From positions 1-64,000 of the forward strand of contig CAVSOU010000015.1 of assembly GCA_963729625.1 (NCBI GenBank): DNA of 64,000 bases. The letters run 5' to 3'. The stretch comes from an uncultured bacterium. Lineage in GTDB: Bacteria > Chloroflexota > UBA5177 > JANWHV01. Shown piece by piece: positions 1 to 10,800 of this stretch; the stretch's first letter is position 1, and the number at the start of each line of letters is the position of its first letter. The notes under the pieces were generated by a model. It did no database searches. It was not told the DNA's origin and worked only from the letters and a program-made list of their open reading frames with translations. The position numbers and the translations under genes were made by a program.

Positions 1-292
1 GATCACAGTCTTCGGTGATAATACCTTGGGCTACCGTATCACTCCACACAAGTGACACCTTCGTGGCGGTAAGAATAACACCGTATTGGTTATCACGTGT
101 TACAGCCGCCATTGTGTTAGTGCACTTCCCCCAAAGTACGAAATCCGGGTTCAGGTCCAGGCTGTAACCGTACTTAGGGCAGGAAATGTGAGTTGCCGCC
201 AGTTGCGGGCGGGCTGCGGCGCCGTAGGGGGCTGCACCCAGCGCTGCTACCAGAACGGAACTGACGGCCAAGGCGAGGTGGCGTAGCTTCAT
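1..292 (-). CDS. Secreted protein, partial (3' end outside window); paralog of 722..1261
   Basis: Not in the ORF track. Manual translation from the ATG at 292 gives MKLRHLALAVSSVLVAALGAAPYGAAARPQLAATHISCPKYGYSLDLNPDF...CTNTM...WSDTVA..DCD, which aligns with 722..1261 (MKLR, CxKYGYSxDL, CT, WxDT, DC). AAGGAG RBS upstream. Confidence 0.85.
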   Translation of the reverse strand, partial: MKLRHLALAVSSVLVAALGAAPYGAAARPQLAATHISCPKYGYSLDLNPDFVLWGKCTNTMAAVTRDNQYGVILTATKVSLVWSDTVAQGIITEDCD

Positions 293-333
293 TCGGCTTT
301 CGCTCCTTTGACTTGCGGGAAATACCCGGGCCA

Positions 334-368
334 ACCATAGCACTCGATGCCGTAACATTGCCGTAACA
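334..368 (-). promoter_or_regulatory. Promoter with TGTTAC-N5-TGTTAC direct repeat (OmpR/PhoB-family type site) and -10 TATGGT
   Basis: GCCGTAACA-TT-GCCGTAACA at 349..368 (11-bp period). The -10 hexamer is at 334..339 on the minus strand. The same layout recurs 969 bp away. Confidence 0.65.
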
Positions 369-627
369 TTCGGTACCCCTTGGTTTCTTGCGCTGTTGGT
401 GTGGAAATGAGATCACAGCGCGTCACTGGCCAAGAGTGCCGCCGCAAAGGATCAGTGGTACTGCCCAGACGGTTCGCGAATCAGACCCGGCTACTTTGTG
501 CTCACGTTTCATCCCGACAACGGGGGAGAGTGGCAGATCTTTCTCGGCGACTGCTAACAGGAGATTGCCTCAGTGCTAGGCATCGGCTCCGCTAACAGTG
601 GGCCACAGTCGTTGCCCCGGTTAACAA

Positions 628-700
628 GGTGTCCAGCTATAAGCACAAGACGAGCCTAGCGCAAGAGGGGGAAGGTCCTAAAACCTCCGCCTGCTCTCGC
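628..700. repeat. Diverged copy of the 1434..1504 element (GGTGTCYAGCTA...hairpin); probably terminator of 722..1261
   Basis: ggtgtccagcta...gcgcaagagggggaaggtcctaaaacctccgcc matches ggtgtctagcta...gcgcaagaaggcggaggtcccaaaacctccgcc. Confidence 0.65.
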
Positions 701-721
701 AACTCCCACAGAAGCTCCTCA

Positions 722-1261
722 CTAGCCATGGGGTTTAGTGAGCCGGATCGTGGAGAAGATGCTTATGCCGTGAGAGTAAACAGTGGCAACATCGCCGCTC
801 CACACTGAGAAGAAGCGGGGCGTGTAGACCCTCCCGAATGATGTTCCTGCCATTTCCCAGCTGACAAACTGCGTCCCATCGACGGCGACCTCCATACAGA
901 AGGCCGTTACATATCGTCGCTTTGCGATTTTGCTGACAGAATACGACGTGGTACCTACCTGATTGTAGTCCGTGATGTTTTCGCAGTCGTAGGAAAGCAC
1001 CATCTTGGCGATCGTATCGGTCCACCGCATACTTAACTTGGTGGTACCCATATTGAATCCATATACATTGTCTGGCGACGAGGCAGACATGCTTTGAGTG
1101 CACACACCTTCCTGCTGCCAGTCCGCTGGCAGGTCGAAGCTGTACCCGTACTTGGAGCATAATACGTGCGTGGTAATGGCGTGTGACGAGTGGGCAGCCG
1201 CGTGGGCAGGAACCATGACAAACAATGCGGCAAGGATCAAGACGAGGTAGCGCAGTTTCAT
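722..1261 (-). CDS. Secreted protein, 179 aa, PsbP/Mog1-like signature (YGYSFDLPADW)
   Basis: Signal peptide ending AHA/AAA, AAGGAG RBS, paralog at the window start. The fold assignment is inference. Confidence 0.8.
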   Translation of the reverse strand: MKLRYLVLILAALFVMVPAHAAAHSSHAITTHVLCSKYGYSFDLPADWQQEGVCTQSMSASSPDNVYGFNMGTTKLSMRWTDTIAKMVLSYDCENITDYNQVGTTSYSVSKIAKRRYVTAFCMEVAVDGTQFVSWEMAGTSFGRVYTPRFFSVWSGDVATVYSHGISIFSTIRLTKPHG

Positions 1262-1302
1262 TCGACCCGCACTCCTTTGGCTTATGGGAAATTCACGACC
1301 CT

Positions 1303-1337
1303 ACTATAGCTATCGACGCCGTAACATTGCCGTAACA
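1303..1337 (-). promoter_or_regulatory. Promoter with TGTTAC-N5-TGTTAC direct repeat and -10 TATAGT
   Basis: GCCGTAACA-TT-GCCGTAACA at 1318..1337 and TATAGT at 1303..1308, with the same spacing to the ATG as the 334..368 copy. Confidence 0.7.
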
Positions 1338-1466
1338 CTCGTTACTCAAATGTGTCCGGTGGTGCGCCTGTTCTCTACACCACTGACTTCGAGTCAGAAC
1401 CGCCGGACCACGTACGCGCTCTGCAGTGAGCAGGGTGTCTAGCTACCAAGAGCACGTTGATCTTGC

Positions 1467-1504
1467 GCAAGAAGGCGGAGGTCCCAAAACCTCCGCCTTC
1501 TTGC
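1467..1504. terminator. Perfect 16-bp stem-loop, intrinsic terminator-like
   Basis: gcaagaaggcggaggt-cccaaa-acctccgccttcttgc followed by a T-rich tract. Confidence 0.7.
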
Positions 1505-1619
1505 TTTGCTTACTGTCTGAGCCAAGTGGCAGTACTCCGCCAGAAGCGCCTAGGTCAAGCGATATACTTCCAGTGGCATTGTAAGCGGCAGCCTCGGCCG
1601 GCATGGAGGGAATATCGCG

Positions 1620-4600
1620 ATGCATCCGCTTGAAACCTACTTGCGCGAGCTTCGCATGCTCCATGCCTCTGGCGCTGCAACAAAGGAGACATCATACTAT
1701 CCTGCGCTCAAAGCACTGATCGACAGTGTAGGCGCGTTGTTGGCGCCGCCAGTGCGGTGCATCGTCAATCCGGCAAGCGTCGGCTCCGGTATTCCCGATG
1801 TAGCGCTCTACACGTCGGACCAAGTGCAACAGTCTGGCACCGGCAGGCCACGAGCGGCAGCACTGCCGGCACGCGGTGTGATGGAGGTAAAGGGTACAGG
1901 AGACGACGTGCTGAAGATTGCTGGTAGCGACCAGGTTCGGGGGTACCTGGAGCGCTATCGGCAGGTGCTGATCACGAACTATCGCGACTTCCTGCTGATG
2001 GGGTTCGACGATCACGGTCGGCCGGTCAAGCTGGAGCGTTTTCCGCTGGCGACCTCGGAGGCCGCGTTTTGGAGCGCGGTTGAGCATCCGCAGACGTTTG
2101 TTGCCGCGCAGGGTGGCGCGCTTGTCGCGTACCTGCAGCGGGCGTTGCTGCGCGCTGCGCCGCTGGCGACACCCCAGGACGTAGCGTCTGCGCTTGCCAG
2201 CTATGCGCGGATCTCCATGGATCGTGTGGAGAAGGCCAGCCTGCCTGCTCTCGCCGCAGTCCGAAGGGCCTTTGAAGAGGCACTCGGCATCAGCTTCGAG
2301 GGGGAGAAGGGCGATCACTTCTTCCGTTCCACGTTAGTACAAACGCTCTTTTATGGTGTGTTCTCGGCCTGGGTGTTGTGGAGCAAAGAGCATCGGTCGG
2401 ACACAGCCGATCGGTTCGAGTGGAAGACTGCGGGCTGGTCTCTTCAGGTTCCCGTCATCAGTTTCTTGTTTGAGCAGGTGGTGCAGCCCCAAAGGCTAAG
2501 ACCTCTCGGTCTCGTGGACGTCTTGGACTGGACCGGCGAAGCCCTGAACCGCGTGGACCGCGAGACGTTCTTCAAACGCTTTGAGGAACAACACGCCGTG
2601 CAGTACTTCTACGAGCCGTTTCTGGAGGAGTTCGACCCCGAGCTACGGCGCGAACTCGGGGTGTGGTACACCCCGGTCGAGGTCGTGCGCTACATGGTGG
2701 CTCGGGTGGATTCAGCTCTGCGTGACGAACTAGGTATCGCCAGTGGGCTAGCCGACCACGAGTCTACGTGCTCGACCCCTGCTGCGGAACCGGCACCTAC
2801 CTTGTCGAGGTGATCCGGTTGATTGCCTCCCGGCTGGAGGAGGGCGGGTCCGACGCGCTGACCGCACAGGACGTCAAGCGTGCTGCCTGCGAGCGAGTGT
2901 TCGGCCTCGAGTTGCTGCCGGCGCCGTTTGTCGTGGCACATCTGCAACTGGGCCTGCTCTTGCAGAACCTCGGTGCGCCGCTCATGGACGACACAAGTGA
3001 GCGGGCAGGCGTGTACTTGACGAACGCGCTTACGGGCTGGCAGCCACCGAAGGACCCAAAGCAAACGATCATGTTCCCTGAGTTGGAGGAAGAGCGAGAA
3101 GCAGCAGAGCACGTCAAGCGGGAAGCGCCCATTCTTGTCATTCTCGGGAATCCGCCATACAACGGCTTCGCTGGCCTGGCTGTGGGCGAGGAGCACGACC
3201 TTGTCGGTGCTTATCGTACGGCGAGTGGGACACGACAGCCACAGGGGCAGGGCCTGAATGATCTGTATGTTCGCTTCTATCGGATGGCCGAGCGCCGCAT
3301 CACGGAGCACGGCGGCGAAGGAATCGTGTGCTACATCAGCAACTATTCGTGGCTGGATGGGTTGTCCTTCACGGCGATGCGGGAGCGCTATTTGGCGGCA
3401 TTCGACAGCGTGTGGATTGACAGCCTCAACGGTGACAAGTACAAGACCGGAAAACGTACACCGGCTGGTGAACCTGATCCCAGTATCTTCAGCACCGAGT
3501 GGAACCATGAGGGTATTCAGGTAGGCACGGCCATCGCGCTGCTGGTGCGGAAGCGTGAGCATGAGGCCACGGGCAGTGTGCGGTTTCGACAACTCTGGGG
3601 CAAGGGTAAACGCGCCGAGTTGCTCGCGGACAGCGCCGAGAACGCACCGCCGCGTTATCAAGTGCTGGAGCCGGACAGTACGTTGGGCTTTCCTTTCCTG
3701 CCCATGCGGGCGCAGCTTGCGTACGGTGCCTGGCCTCGGCTCCCTGAGCTGTTTCCTGCGTCGTTCCCCGGAGTCAAGACCAGCCGCGATGATGTGGTCG
3801 TAGATATCGACCGCGATCGCCTCATCCGCCGCATGATGGACTACTTCGACCCGACCATAAGCCACGAGCGCATGCGCATGATTATGCCGGGCGCCATGCA
3901 GGGCACTGGGCGGTTCCAAGCCGAAGCCGTCCGCGACCAGTTGTGCAGGCGCGGGTTCCTCGCCGACAGGATTGTGCCCTACTACTACCGGCCGTTCGAT
4001 GTGCGATGGCTCTATTGGGAGCCCGAAACGGACCTGCTGGATCGCAAGAGGGAAGACTACTTCCCGGAGGTCTTCGAAGGAAACCTCTGGATCGAGGCCC
4101 GCCAGAAGCAGCCCATGGACCGGTTTGACCGGGGCTTTCCTGTGAAAGTGCTTGCGGATAATCTCGGCAACGGTCTTTCCAGCTACTTCCCGCTCTACGT
4201 CCGTGGCCAAACTAAGGCGTCGCTGCTTGATACCATGGAGCAAGCTGAAGTCCCGGCTAATCTGAGCGTGGCAATGAACGACTACCTACAGCATCTTGAT
4301 TCAGACGCGCCGAGTCTGTTCTATCACGTTGTGACTATGCTGGACGCCCCTGCTTACCGAAGTGAGAACGCTGGCGCATTGCGGCAAGACTGGCCACGCG
4401 TACCGCTTCCGGCGAGCGGTGAGGTGCTTGCAGCAAGCGCGGTACTGGGACGGCAGTTGGCCGGTCTGTTTGACGTTCAGACGGACGTGCCGGGCGTGAC
4501 TGACGCCCCGTGGCGCCCAGAGATGCGAACTATCGGCGTGATCAAGCGCATTGATGGCAAGCCGATCAACTCGGAGCTTGACCTCCGGATCACGGCCGGC

Positions 4601-5014
4601 TGGGGCTTTGCTGGCCAGGGCGGCGTGACGATGGCCGGCAAAGGTCGGGCAGTCGTGCGCAGCTACACTGGCGCTGAGGTTGAGGCGCTGAGATCAGGCG
4701 CGGCCGTACTCGGCCTGACGTTGGAGCAGGCGTGCGCCCTGCTGGGAAGCGACACCTACGACGTGTGGCTCAACGACGTGGCCTACTGGCGCAATATTCC
4801 GGCCAAGGTGTGGGAGTACACGGTTGGCGGCTATCAGGTGCTCAAGAAGTGGTTAAGCTATCGCGAGTATAGGTTGCTCGGTCGCAGCCTCAAAGCGGAG
4901 GAGGATGAGCCCCGCGAAGTGGGCAACATCGCGCGGCGTATTGCCGCCATTCTCCTACTCGGCCCGGCGCTTGACGCGCAGTATATGGCGACGATGGCCG
5001 CGCCTTACACGTGA
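1620..5014 (+). CDS. Type IIG / Type ISP-like restriction-modification enzyme (nuclease, N6-adenine MTase, C-terminal specificity domain); one frameshift near 2757
   Basis: ORFs 1620..2813 and 2768..5014 join. Motifs: PD...EVK nuclease, FYEPFL..FDP..R..GVWYTP, DPCCGTG (motif I), GNPPY (motif IV), YRPFD.RW and VWEYTVGGYQVLKKWLSYR tail. Adding one C in gccgaccacga restores ADPRVYVLDP. Confidence 0.9.
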
Positions 5015-5299
5015 GCATCTGAGCTCGGGACCTTAAGTATGGCAGACCGCACAAATCAGCGTGATTACCCTCGATCTGCCCTGTGTCATCCCGTAGCACC
5101 TCTGGAAGTGTGACCCATTCGAGGGGAATCGTCCTTAGCACGCACCCGCGCTTTCCTGCGCTCACCCTCGCTGTCCGCCTCTTGGTACGGTATCCTGGGA
5201 ACAACCTAGGGCCGGTGTCGTCCGGATGACCGAGGGCATCGAGCTGTTCCACCAGGCTGGAGCGGCCGGCGCCGAATGCTTGACCAGGGAGCGCTGCGC

Positions 5300-5845
5300 A
5301 TGCCGCAGGGACCAACTACGCCTCAGCAGGTACGAGCCCGGCTAAGCAAGGACGGAAGGCGCACACCCTGCGGGCGTCTTGTGTTCAACTGGCAGCGCGG
5401 AGCCAATTCGCAGGACTGTCCGGGTGCGATAGCCACCATTGAGGAAGTCCCGCGTGTTTGGGGAGGACAAGGCGGCGCAATCCCACACTGGGTGACTGCC
5501 GACGACGACATTGAGCCACAGATAGCCGTAATCAAGCGCGACGAAGATCAGGTTAAGGGTGCGCTTGCCGAAGTGCTTCAGCGCCGGAACGCTCAGACCC
5601 TCTCGCCTGGGCAGCGAGCAGAGGTCGTCAACAGTCTCGAGTTGCTTCGAGCCAATGTCGGAGTTGTCGAGGCGACGGGCGACGAGGCAGCGAAGCGGAG
5701 TAGTATTGAGACATTGGTAGGTGAAGTCCGGGTCGCGACACATGGTAAGGGCAGAGACAAGTGGGCATCGGTCACGGTGACCTTTCTCTTCGGCGAGCCT
5801 CAGGTAGCAAATACGAGTATGAGCACGTTTTCATCCAGCATCTGA
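5300..5845 (+). CDS. Hypothetical protein, possibly a remnant
   Basis: ORF with AGGGAG before the ATG at 5300. No recognisable motif. Confidence 0.3.
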   Translation: MPQGPTTPQQVRARLSKDGRRTPCGRLVFNWQRGANSQDCPGAIATIEEVPRVWGGQGGAIPHWVTADDDIEPQIAVIKRDEDQVKGALAEVLQRRNAQTLSPGQRAEVVNSLELLRANVGVVEATGDEAAKRSSIETLVGEVRVATHGKGRDKWASVTVTFLFGEPQVANTSMSTFSSSI

Positions 5846-6093
5846 CAAGCCACGAGCATGCGACAGGGATCCCGGTCGATGTCGCCGAAGGCCTGAACGC
5901 GTGGGGGTCGGACGGCTGGGAGATCGTGCACATGGAGGCAGTCTGGGTGTGGCAAAAGGGCGATCACGGCGCCTGCTGGCCGGAGGCTCTGCGCGGATAT
6001 TATGTCACGTTCAGGCGCGAGCCTGGAAACCAGAAAGGCCTATCCGTTGCCGCCGCAGAGGCGGAGGAATCGATGACAGACATACCGCTGTGA
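5761..6093 (+). CDS. DUF4177-like small protein; start uncertain or lost
   Basis: KYEYEHV...LNAWGSDGWEIV...YYVTFRRE matches the DUF4177 pattern. No good start codon or RBS directly before SKYEYE. Confidence 0.6.
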   Translation: MGIGHGDLSLRRASGSKYEYEHVFIQHLTSHEHATGIPVDVAEGLNAWGSDGWEIVHMEAVWVWQKGDHGACWPEALRGYYVTFRREPGNQKGLSVAAAEAEESMTDIPL

Positions 6094-6104
6094 CCGGGCG
6101 GAGC

Positions 6105-7469
6105 ATGACGTTGCTGCGCGCTCTGATGCGCCTCGCCCTGGTGCCGTTGCTCGCCTGCCTGCCTATCGGCGCGCCGCTGGCGGGCGCGGCATCCAGGGCG
6201 CCCGCCGCCGTACCGATGTGGACGCGCTACTGGCAGGCTCAGGTACGAGCGGCGCCTGCCGGCACGATACTGACCGAGCTGGACCGGAATCAAGAGGTAC
6301 GGGTCGTCGGCAATCTCGTCGCCTCTGATGGCACGCGCTGGGATCGGGTGCGCCTCTGGGGCGCTCTCGACGGCTGGCTACAGGCGGACGTGCTGTCTCT
6401 CGCGCCGTTGGCAGTGTCGTTCACTCCCGGAGGGTCGATCTCACCCAGCCCTGTCGGACCGCACGCGCCCATGCCGCTTCGTGCCACGGCTGTTACCATT
6501 GTGCCGGCCACACTTCGCAGCGCGGCTGATGCATCAGCGCGTCCGGTGCGCACGATTCGCGCGGGCACGACGCTCTCAATACTGCGCTGGGCTACGGACG
6601 GGCGCGGCCGCGCCTGGTATGGCGAAAGTGGCCCGGCCGGCCTGTGGGTCGATGCCGAACAGGTCAGGATGGCCGGAGACCGCGGCGTTGCCAACCTCGG
6701 TCCGGTGCACGGCGTGGGCATGTGGTTGACACCGGCGGTGCTGAACGTCGCTCCGCCTCAATCGATCGTCACTGCGGCAACCAACAGCCACATCACCCAC
6801 CTCTACGTGGAAGTGGCCGGCAGCAACAAATTCTATGGTGCTTCGGTGCTCGAGCATCTCCTGCCTGTCGCGCACAAGGCCCATATCGCCGTACTCGCAT
6901 GGGTCTACCCCTACCTGGACGACGTGCCACGCGACGTGGCCATCGCCGTCCAAGCCGCGCGCTTTGTGGCGACGACGGGAGACCGTCCCGATGGCCTTGC
7001 CGCCGATGTCGAGCAGAACATGGAAGAGCCGTATGTACGTGCCTACAGCCAGGTCGTGCGCGCCAATCTCGGTCCGCATGCCCTGATGGTCATTGCCGTG
7101 TATCCGCCCCAGACGTATTGGGGTGAGAGGTTTCCTTTCCGCGTGGCGATGCAGAGCTGGGATGTCGCGGCGCCAATGGACTACTGGGATCTCGGCTCCA
7201 CGCGTTCCTCGGAGTCCAGCGTGTACGATTACGTCGCCACGAGTATAAAGGAGATCCGAACGGCCGCCAACGATGCGGCGACACCGGTCGAGCCGGTAGG
7301 CCAGATGTTCGACGTCTACAGCGATGGCCGGCACAGCCCAACCAGGCCCGAAGTTCTCGGCGCCATCCACGCGGCGCAGGCAGGGAAAGCAGCGGGCATC
7401 AGCTTCTTCGAGTGGAATCACGCCACGCCCGACGAATGGGACGCCCTGCGAACGCCGCATACGTTCTGA
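6105..7469 (+). CDS. Secreted protein with two SH3-like domains and a GH18-like/TIM-barrel hydrolase domain
   Basis: Signal peptide, SH3b-like VRAAP...DGTRWDRV...DGWL and LRSAA...GRAWY...LWV, then G.G.WL, LAWVYP, ADVEQ and APMDYW motifs. Confidence 0.75.
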   Translation: MTLLRALMRLALVPLLACLPIGAPLAGAASRAPAAVPMWTRYWQAQVRAAPAGTILTELDRNQEVRVVGNLVASDGTRWDRVRLWGALDGWLQADVLSLAPLAVSFTPGGSISPSPVGPHAPMPLRATAVTIVPATLRSAADASARPVRTIRAGTTLSILRWATDGRGRAWYGESGPAGLWVDAEQVRMAGDRGVANLGPVHGVGMWLTPAVLNVAPPQSIVTAATNSHITHLYVEVAGSNKFYGASVLEHLLPVAHKAHIAVLAWVYPYLDDVPRDVAIAVQAARFVATTGDRPDGLAADVEQNMEEPYVRAYSQVVRANLGPHALMVIAVYPPQTYWGERFPFRVAMQSWDVAAPMDYWDLGSTRSSESSVYDYVATSIKEIRTAANDAATPVEPVGQMFDVYSDGRHSPTRPEVLGAIHAAQAGKAAGISFFEWNHATPDEWDALRTPHTF

Positions 7470-7496
7470 ATCGGCCTCCCGCACGTCAGTATGCAC

Positions 7497-7528
7497 AGGC
7501 CGGCTCCACTTTGCCGCGGAGCCGGCCT
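7497..7528. terminator. Stem-loop after 6105..7469
   Basis: aggccggctcc...ggagccggcct, 11-bp stem. Confidence 0.5.
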
Positions 7529-7872
7529 CCTTCGGTGTTGACCATCCGACTCTACGCCAGTGGGTCGGTTGACCAGGTCGTTGCCGTTCGGGATGCCCGC
7601 GCGACGAGGCGGCCTGAAGGCCACGGCTAGGCGAGCAGGTGAGCACACCCACTCTTGTGGGTACCCGCGGCCTGAACGCCGGAGTCTCAAGCGCGTCGGC
7701 AATAGCCATAGGCAACACAACTGACCCACAAGTACCGTTGGCCCACACCGCGCTGGTGGACGTTGGGCCGGCGATTGACTGACGCGGTCCCCGCTCCCAT
7801 CCACGACGCGCTGCGACGGGTTCCCCGAGTCTCAGGACTGGGTGAACCCGGCACAGCACGAGTCACGGACCA

Positions 7873-10800
7873 CTATCCTCGTACTTCCACGCCCTGCCGG
7901 CCGGTGGCAAAGACATTGTCATGGACATGCGCCGGGTCCCTGGCGGGTATGCTGATGGCGTAGCCGGCGTCGTGCTGGAACACGTTGAAGGCAATCGTGG
8001 GATGCCCGTTGTCCACGTAGAGCCCATCGCCCGAGGAGGATGTGATCACGCAATGAGTGATCGTGGGACTGGCCCCGCTGCTGGCCGAGACTTCGGCGCC
8101 GGCCGAGCCGTCGTGTCCACCGTAGCCGATCTGCACGTAGTCCAGGATACTGGCGCTGGAAGAAGAGCCGGTAAAGTCGATGTAGTCCCAGTCGTCCGGC
8201 GCCGGCTTGGCATTGGAGCTGGTGACGACAATCGGGTCGTTGGGCAGTCCGCGTGCCAGCAGGGTGCCCGAAACCGAGATCGAGCCGCCCGGGCGCATCT
8301 GCAGCAGCGTGCCCGGCTCGATAGTCAGCGTCACGCCCGCTACGATGCTCACATTGCTCTCCGGCATAAAGGGGGCGTTCTGCGCGCGCCACGTGCCGCT
8401 GTGCGCGATCGCGGTCCCACGCAGCTCGATACCGCTCTGGCCAGCCGCCACGCTCGTACCGCTGATCAGGGCAGCATCGTCGGCGGGAGCGGAGATGGCG
8501 ACGCCGCTATCGCTCTCGAAGATGCAGTTGCCCACGACCGCCCGGCTATTGTCGTCCACATAGAGGCCGACGCCACTGGACTGTGTGATCCCGCTGTCGA
8601 GAATGGCGGGGCTGGCGTCGCCGCTGGCTGAGACCTCGGCGCTATCCGTGCCGTCGTGCCCACCGTAGCTCACCTGCAGATAGTCCAGTATGCTCGCGTT
8701 GGCGCTGGCGCCGGTAAAGTCGATGTAATCCCAGGCATCGGGCGCCGGTTGCGGATCGACGCTGGTCACGATGATCGGCGCGTTGCGGGTCCCCTGCGCC
8801 AACAGGGTCCCGCTCACGCTGAGCGATCCACCCTCGTTCATCAGGATCACGGCTCCTGGATCGACATGCAGCGTGGATCCCGCCGCCAGGCTGACGCCGT
8901 CGTCCAGCACGTAGGGGGCATTCTGTGCGTGCCACGCGCCACTGTGGCTGATCGTCCCGCCACGCACCTCCATAGCGCTCTGGCCGTTCGCCACGCTGTT
9001 GCCGCTGAGCAACGTCGAGTTATCGGCGGAAGTGGAGAGAGCATAGCTCACATCGTTGGCGAACGTGCAGTTCGTGACCGTGGCGCGGCTGTTGTCGCCC
9101 AGATACAAGCCATCGCCGCTGGACTGCGCAATCACGGTGTTGCTGATCGTGGGACTGGCCCCGCCACTGGCAGAGACCTCGGCCCCGCTGCTGCCATCGT
9201 GGCCCCCATAGAACACGTCCACGTGATCGAGCACGCTGGCATCGGCGCTGGGACCCGTGAAGTCGATGTAGTCCCAGGCATCGGGCGCGGGCTGTGGGTC
9301 GGCGCTGCTGAAGATCACCGGCGCCTGGGCTGTGCCGTGCGTGACCAGGGTGCCCGATACACTGAACGAGCCGCCGTCATTCATCAGCACGTCCGTGCCT
9401 GCTTCGACGTCAAGACGTGCCCCTGCAGTCAGAGACACGTTGCTATCCAGCGCGAAGGGCACATCCTGCCGGTGCCATGTGCCGCTGTGGCCGATCGCGC
9501 CCCCACGTATCTCTAAGCCCTGCGTTTGCCCCAGGCCCAGTTTGGAGCCGCTGATCAGCGTCGAGTTATCGGCGGAGGTGGAGAGGGCGTAGCTCGCATT
9601 GTGGGCGAACGTGCAGTTCGTGACCGTGGCACGGCTGTTGTCGCCCAGATACAGGCCATCGCCGCTGGACTGCGCGATCACGCTGTTGCTGATCGTGGGA
9701 CTGGCTCCGTTGCTGGCCGAGACTTCTGCGCCGTCGCTACCGTCGTGCCCTCCATAGAACACGTCCACGTAATCCAGCACGCTGGCACTGGCGCTGGCGC
9801 CGGTGAAGTCGATGTAGTCCCAGGCGTCGGGCGCGGGTTGCGGATCGGCGCTGGTAACCACGATCGGCGCTGCCGCCGTGCCCTGCGCCAGCAAGGTGCC
9901 GGCCGCGCTCAGGTCCGTGCCGTCGGCCATCTCCACCGTGGTACCGGGCTGGATGGTGACGGCGGTGCCGGCTGGAATGGTCACCGCGTCTTGCACCAGA
10001 ACGACACCCGACCAGGCCGTGGTTTCCAGCGCGCCGGTGATCGTCATGGTCGGGGTGGGCGCGATAGGTGGCGCTGCGATCGGCGTGATCGGTGGCACCG
10101 GCAGATAGAGCACCGGCGGCACCACGGCGCTGGAGGCCGTATTGGGTAGATTATGCAGCCACGAGAGTTGAGCCAAGACGTTTACCTGCGCGGGCGGGCT
10201 GGGCGGCCCGTTCGCCGGCACCGAGCTTTGCTGGCCCGCACCCACCAGCACACTCTGCCCCTTGTTGCTGACCTGCACTTTGCCCTCCACCACCGTCACC
10301 GTTGCGAGCTTGGTGGTAGGGTTGTAGCGCACGTCCAGACGCGTTCCTTTGGTGGCGGCAACTGCCGTGCCTGCCTGTATTTGATGGCTCGTGGTGTCGC
10401 CGTGCACCACCTCCAGGAACAACTCACCCTTGTTCAAGGTGGCATGCAGGGGGTCTTTGATCACCACGTCGGTGTTGACATTCAGGTCCACCAGCGTGCC
10501 GTCGCGCAGGCCCAGTGAGGCGAATTGACCCTTGGTGGTGAGGGCGTGGTAGTGATCGAACAGGTCTTCGCCCTGCTTGCCGGCCACAGGCTTGGCTTTG
10601 GGCGCCATGATGCTTACGCCATGTTTGATTGCTATAACGGTGGCGGGCGAGCCGTCGACTATGGGCAGCTTGAGGCTGAAGGGCGCATACCCGCCATGGC
10701 TGGCCAGCAGGATCGCCTTGCCCTTAGCGGTGGCATGCACCGTGAGCGTGAGCGCGCCGTGCGCCGCCGTGCCTATCTTCGGCAGACCGGCGCCGTCGAT

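Noticed and set aside
349-1337. GCCGTAACA direct repeats as integrase arm-type sites
   Set aside because: Their fixed spacing to a -10 box and to paralogous start codons fits promoter operators better, and no integrase is in view.
1351-1412. Stem-loop region as a tRNA or riboswitch
   Set aside because: It has inverted repeats but no cloverleaf, T-loop/CCA end or recognisable aptamer.
2750-2770. Programmed frameshift or phase variation in the RM gene
   Set aside because: Only a CC/CCC difference with no long tract or slippery site, and similar indels occur throughout the window.
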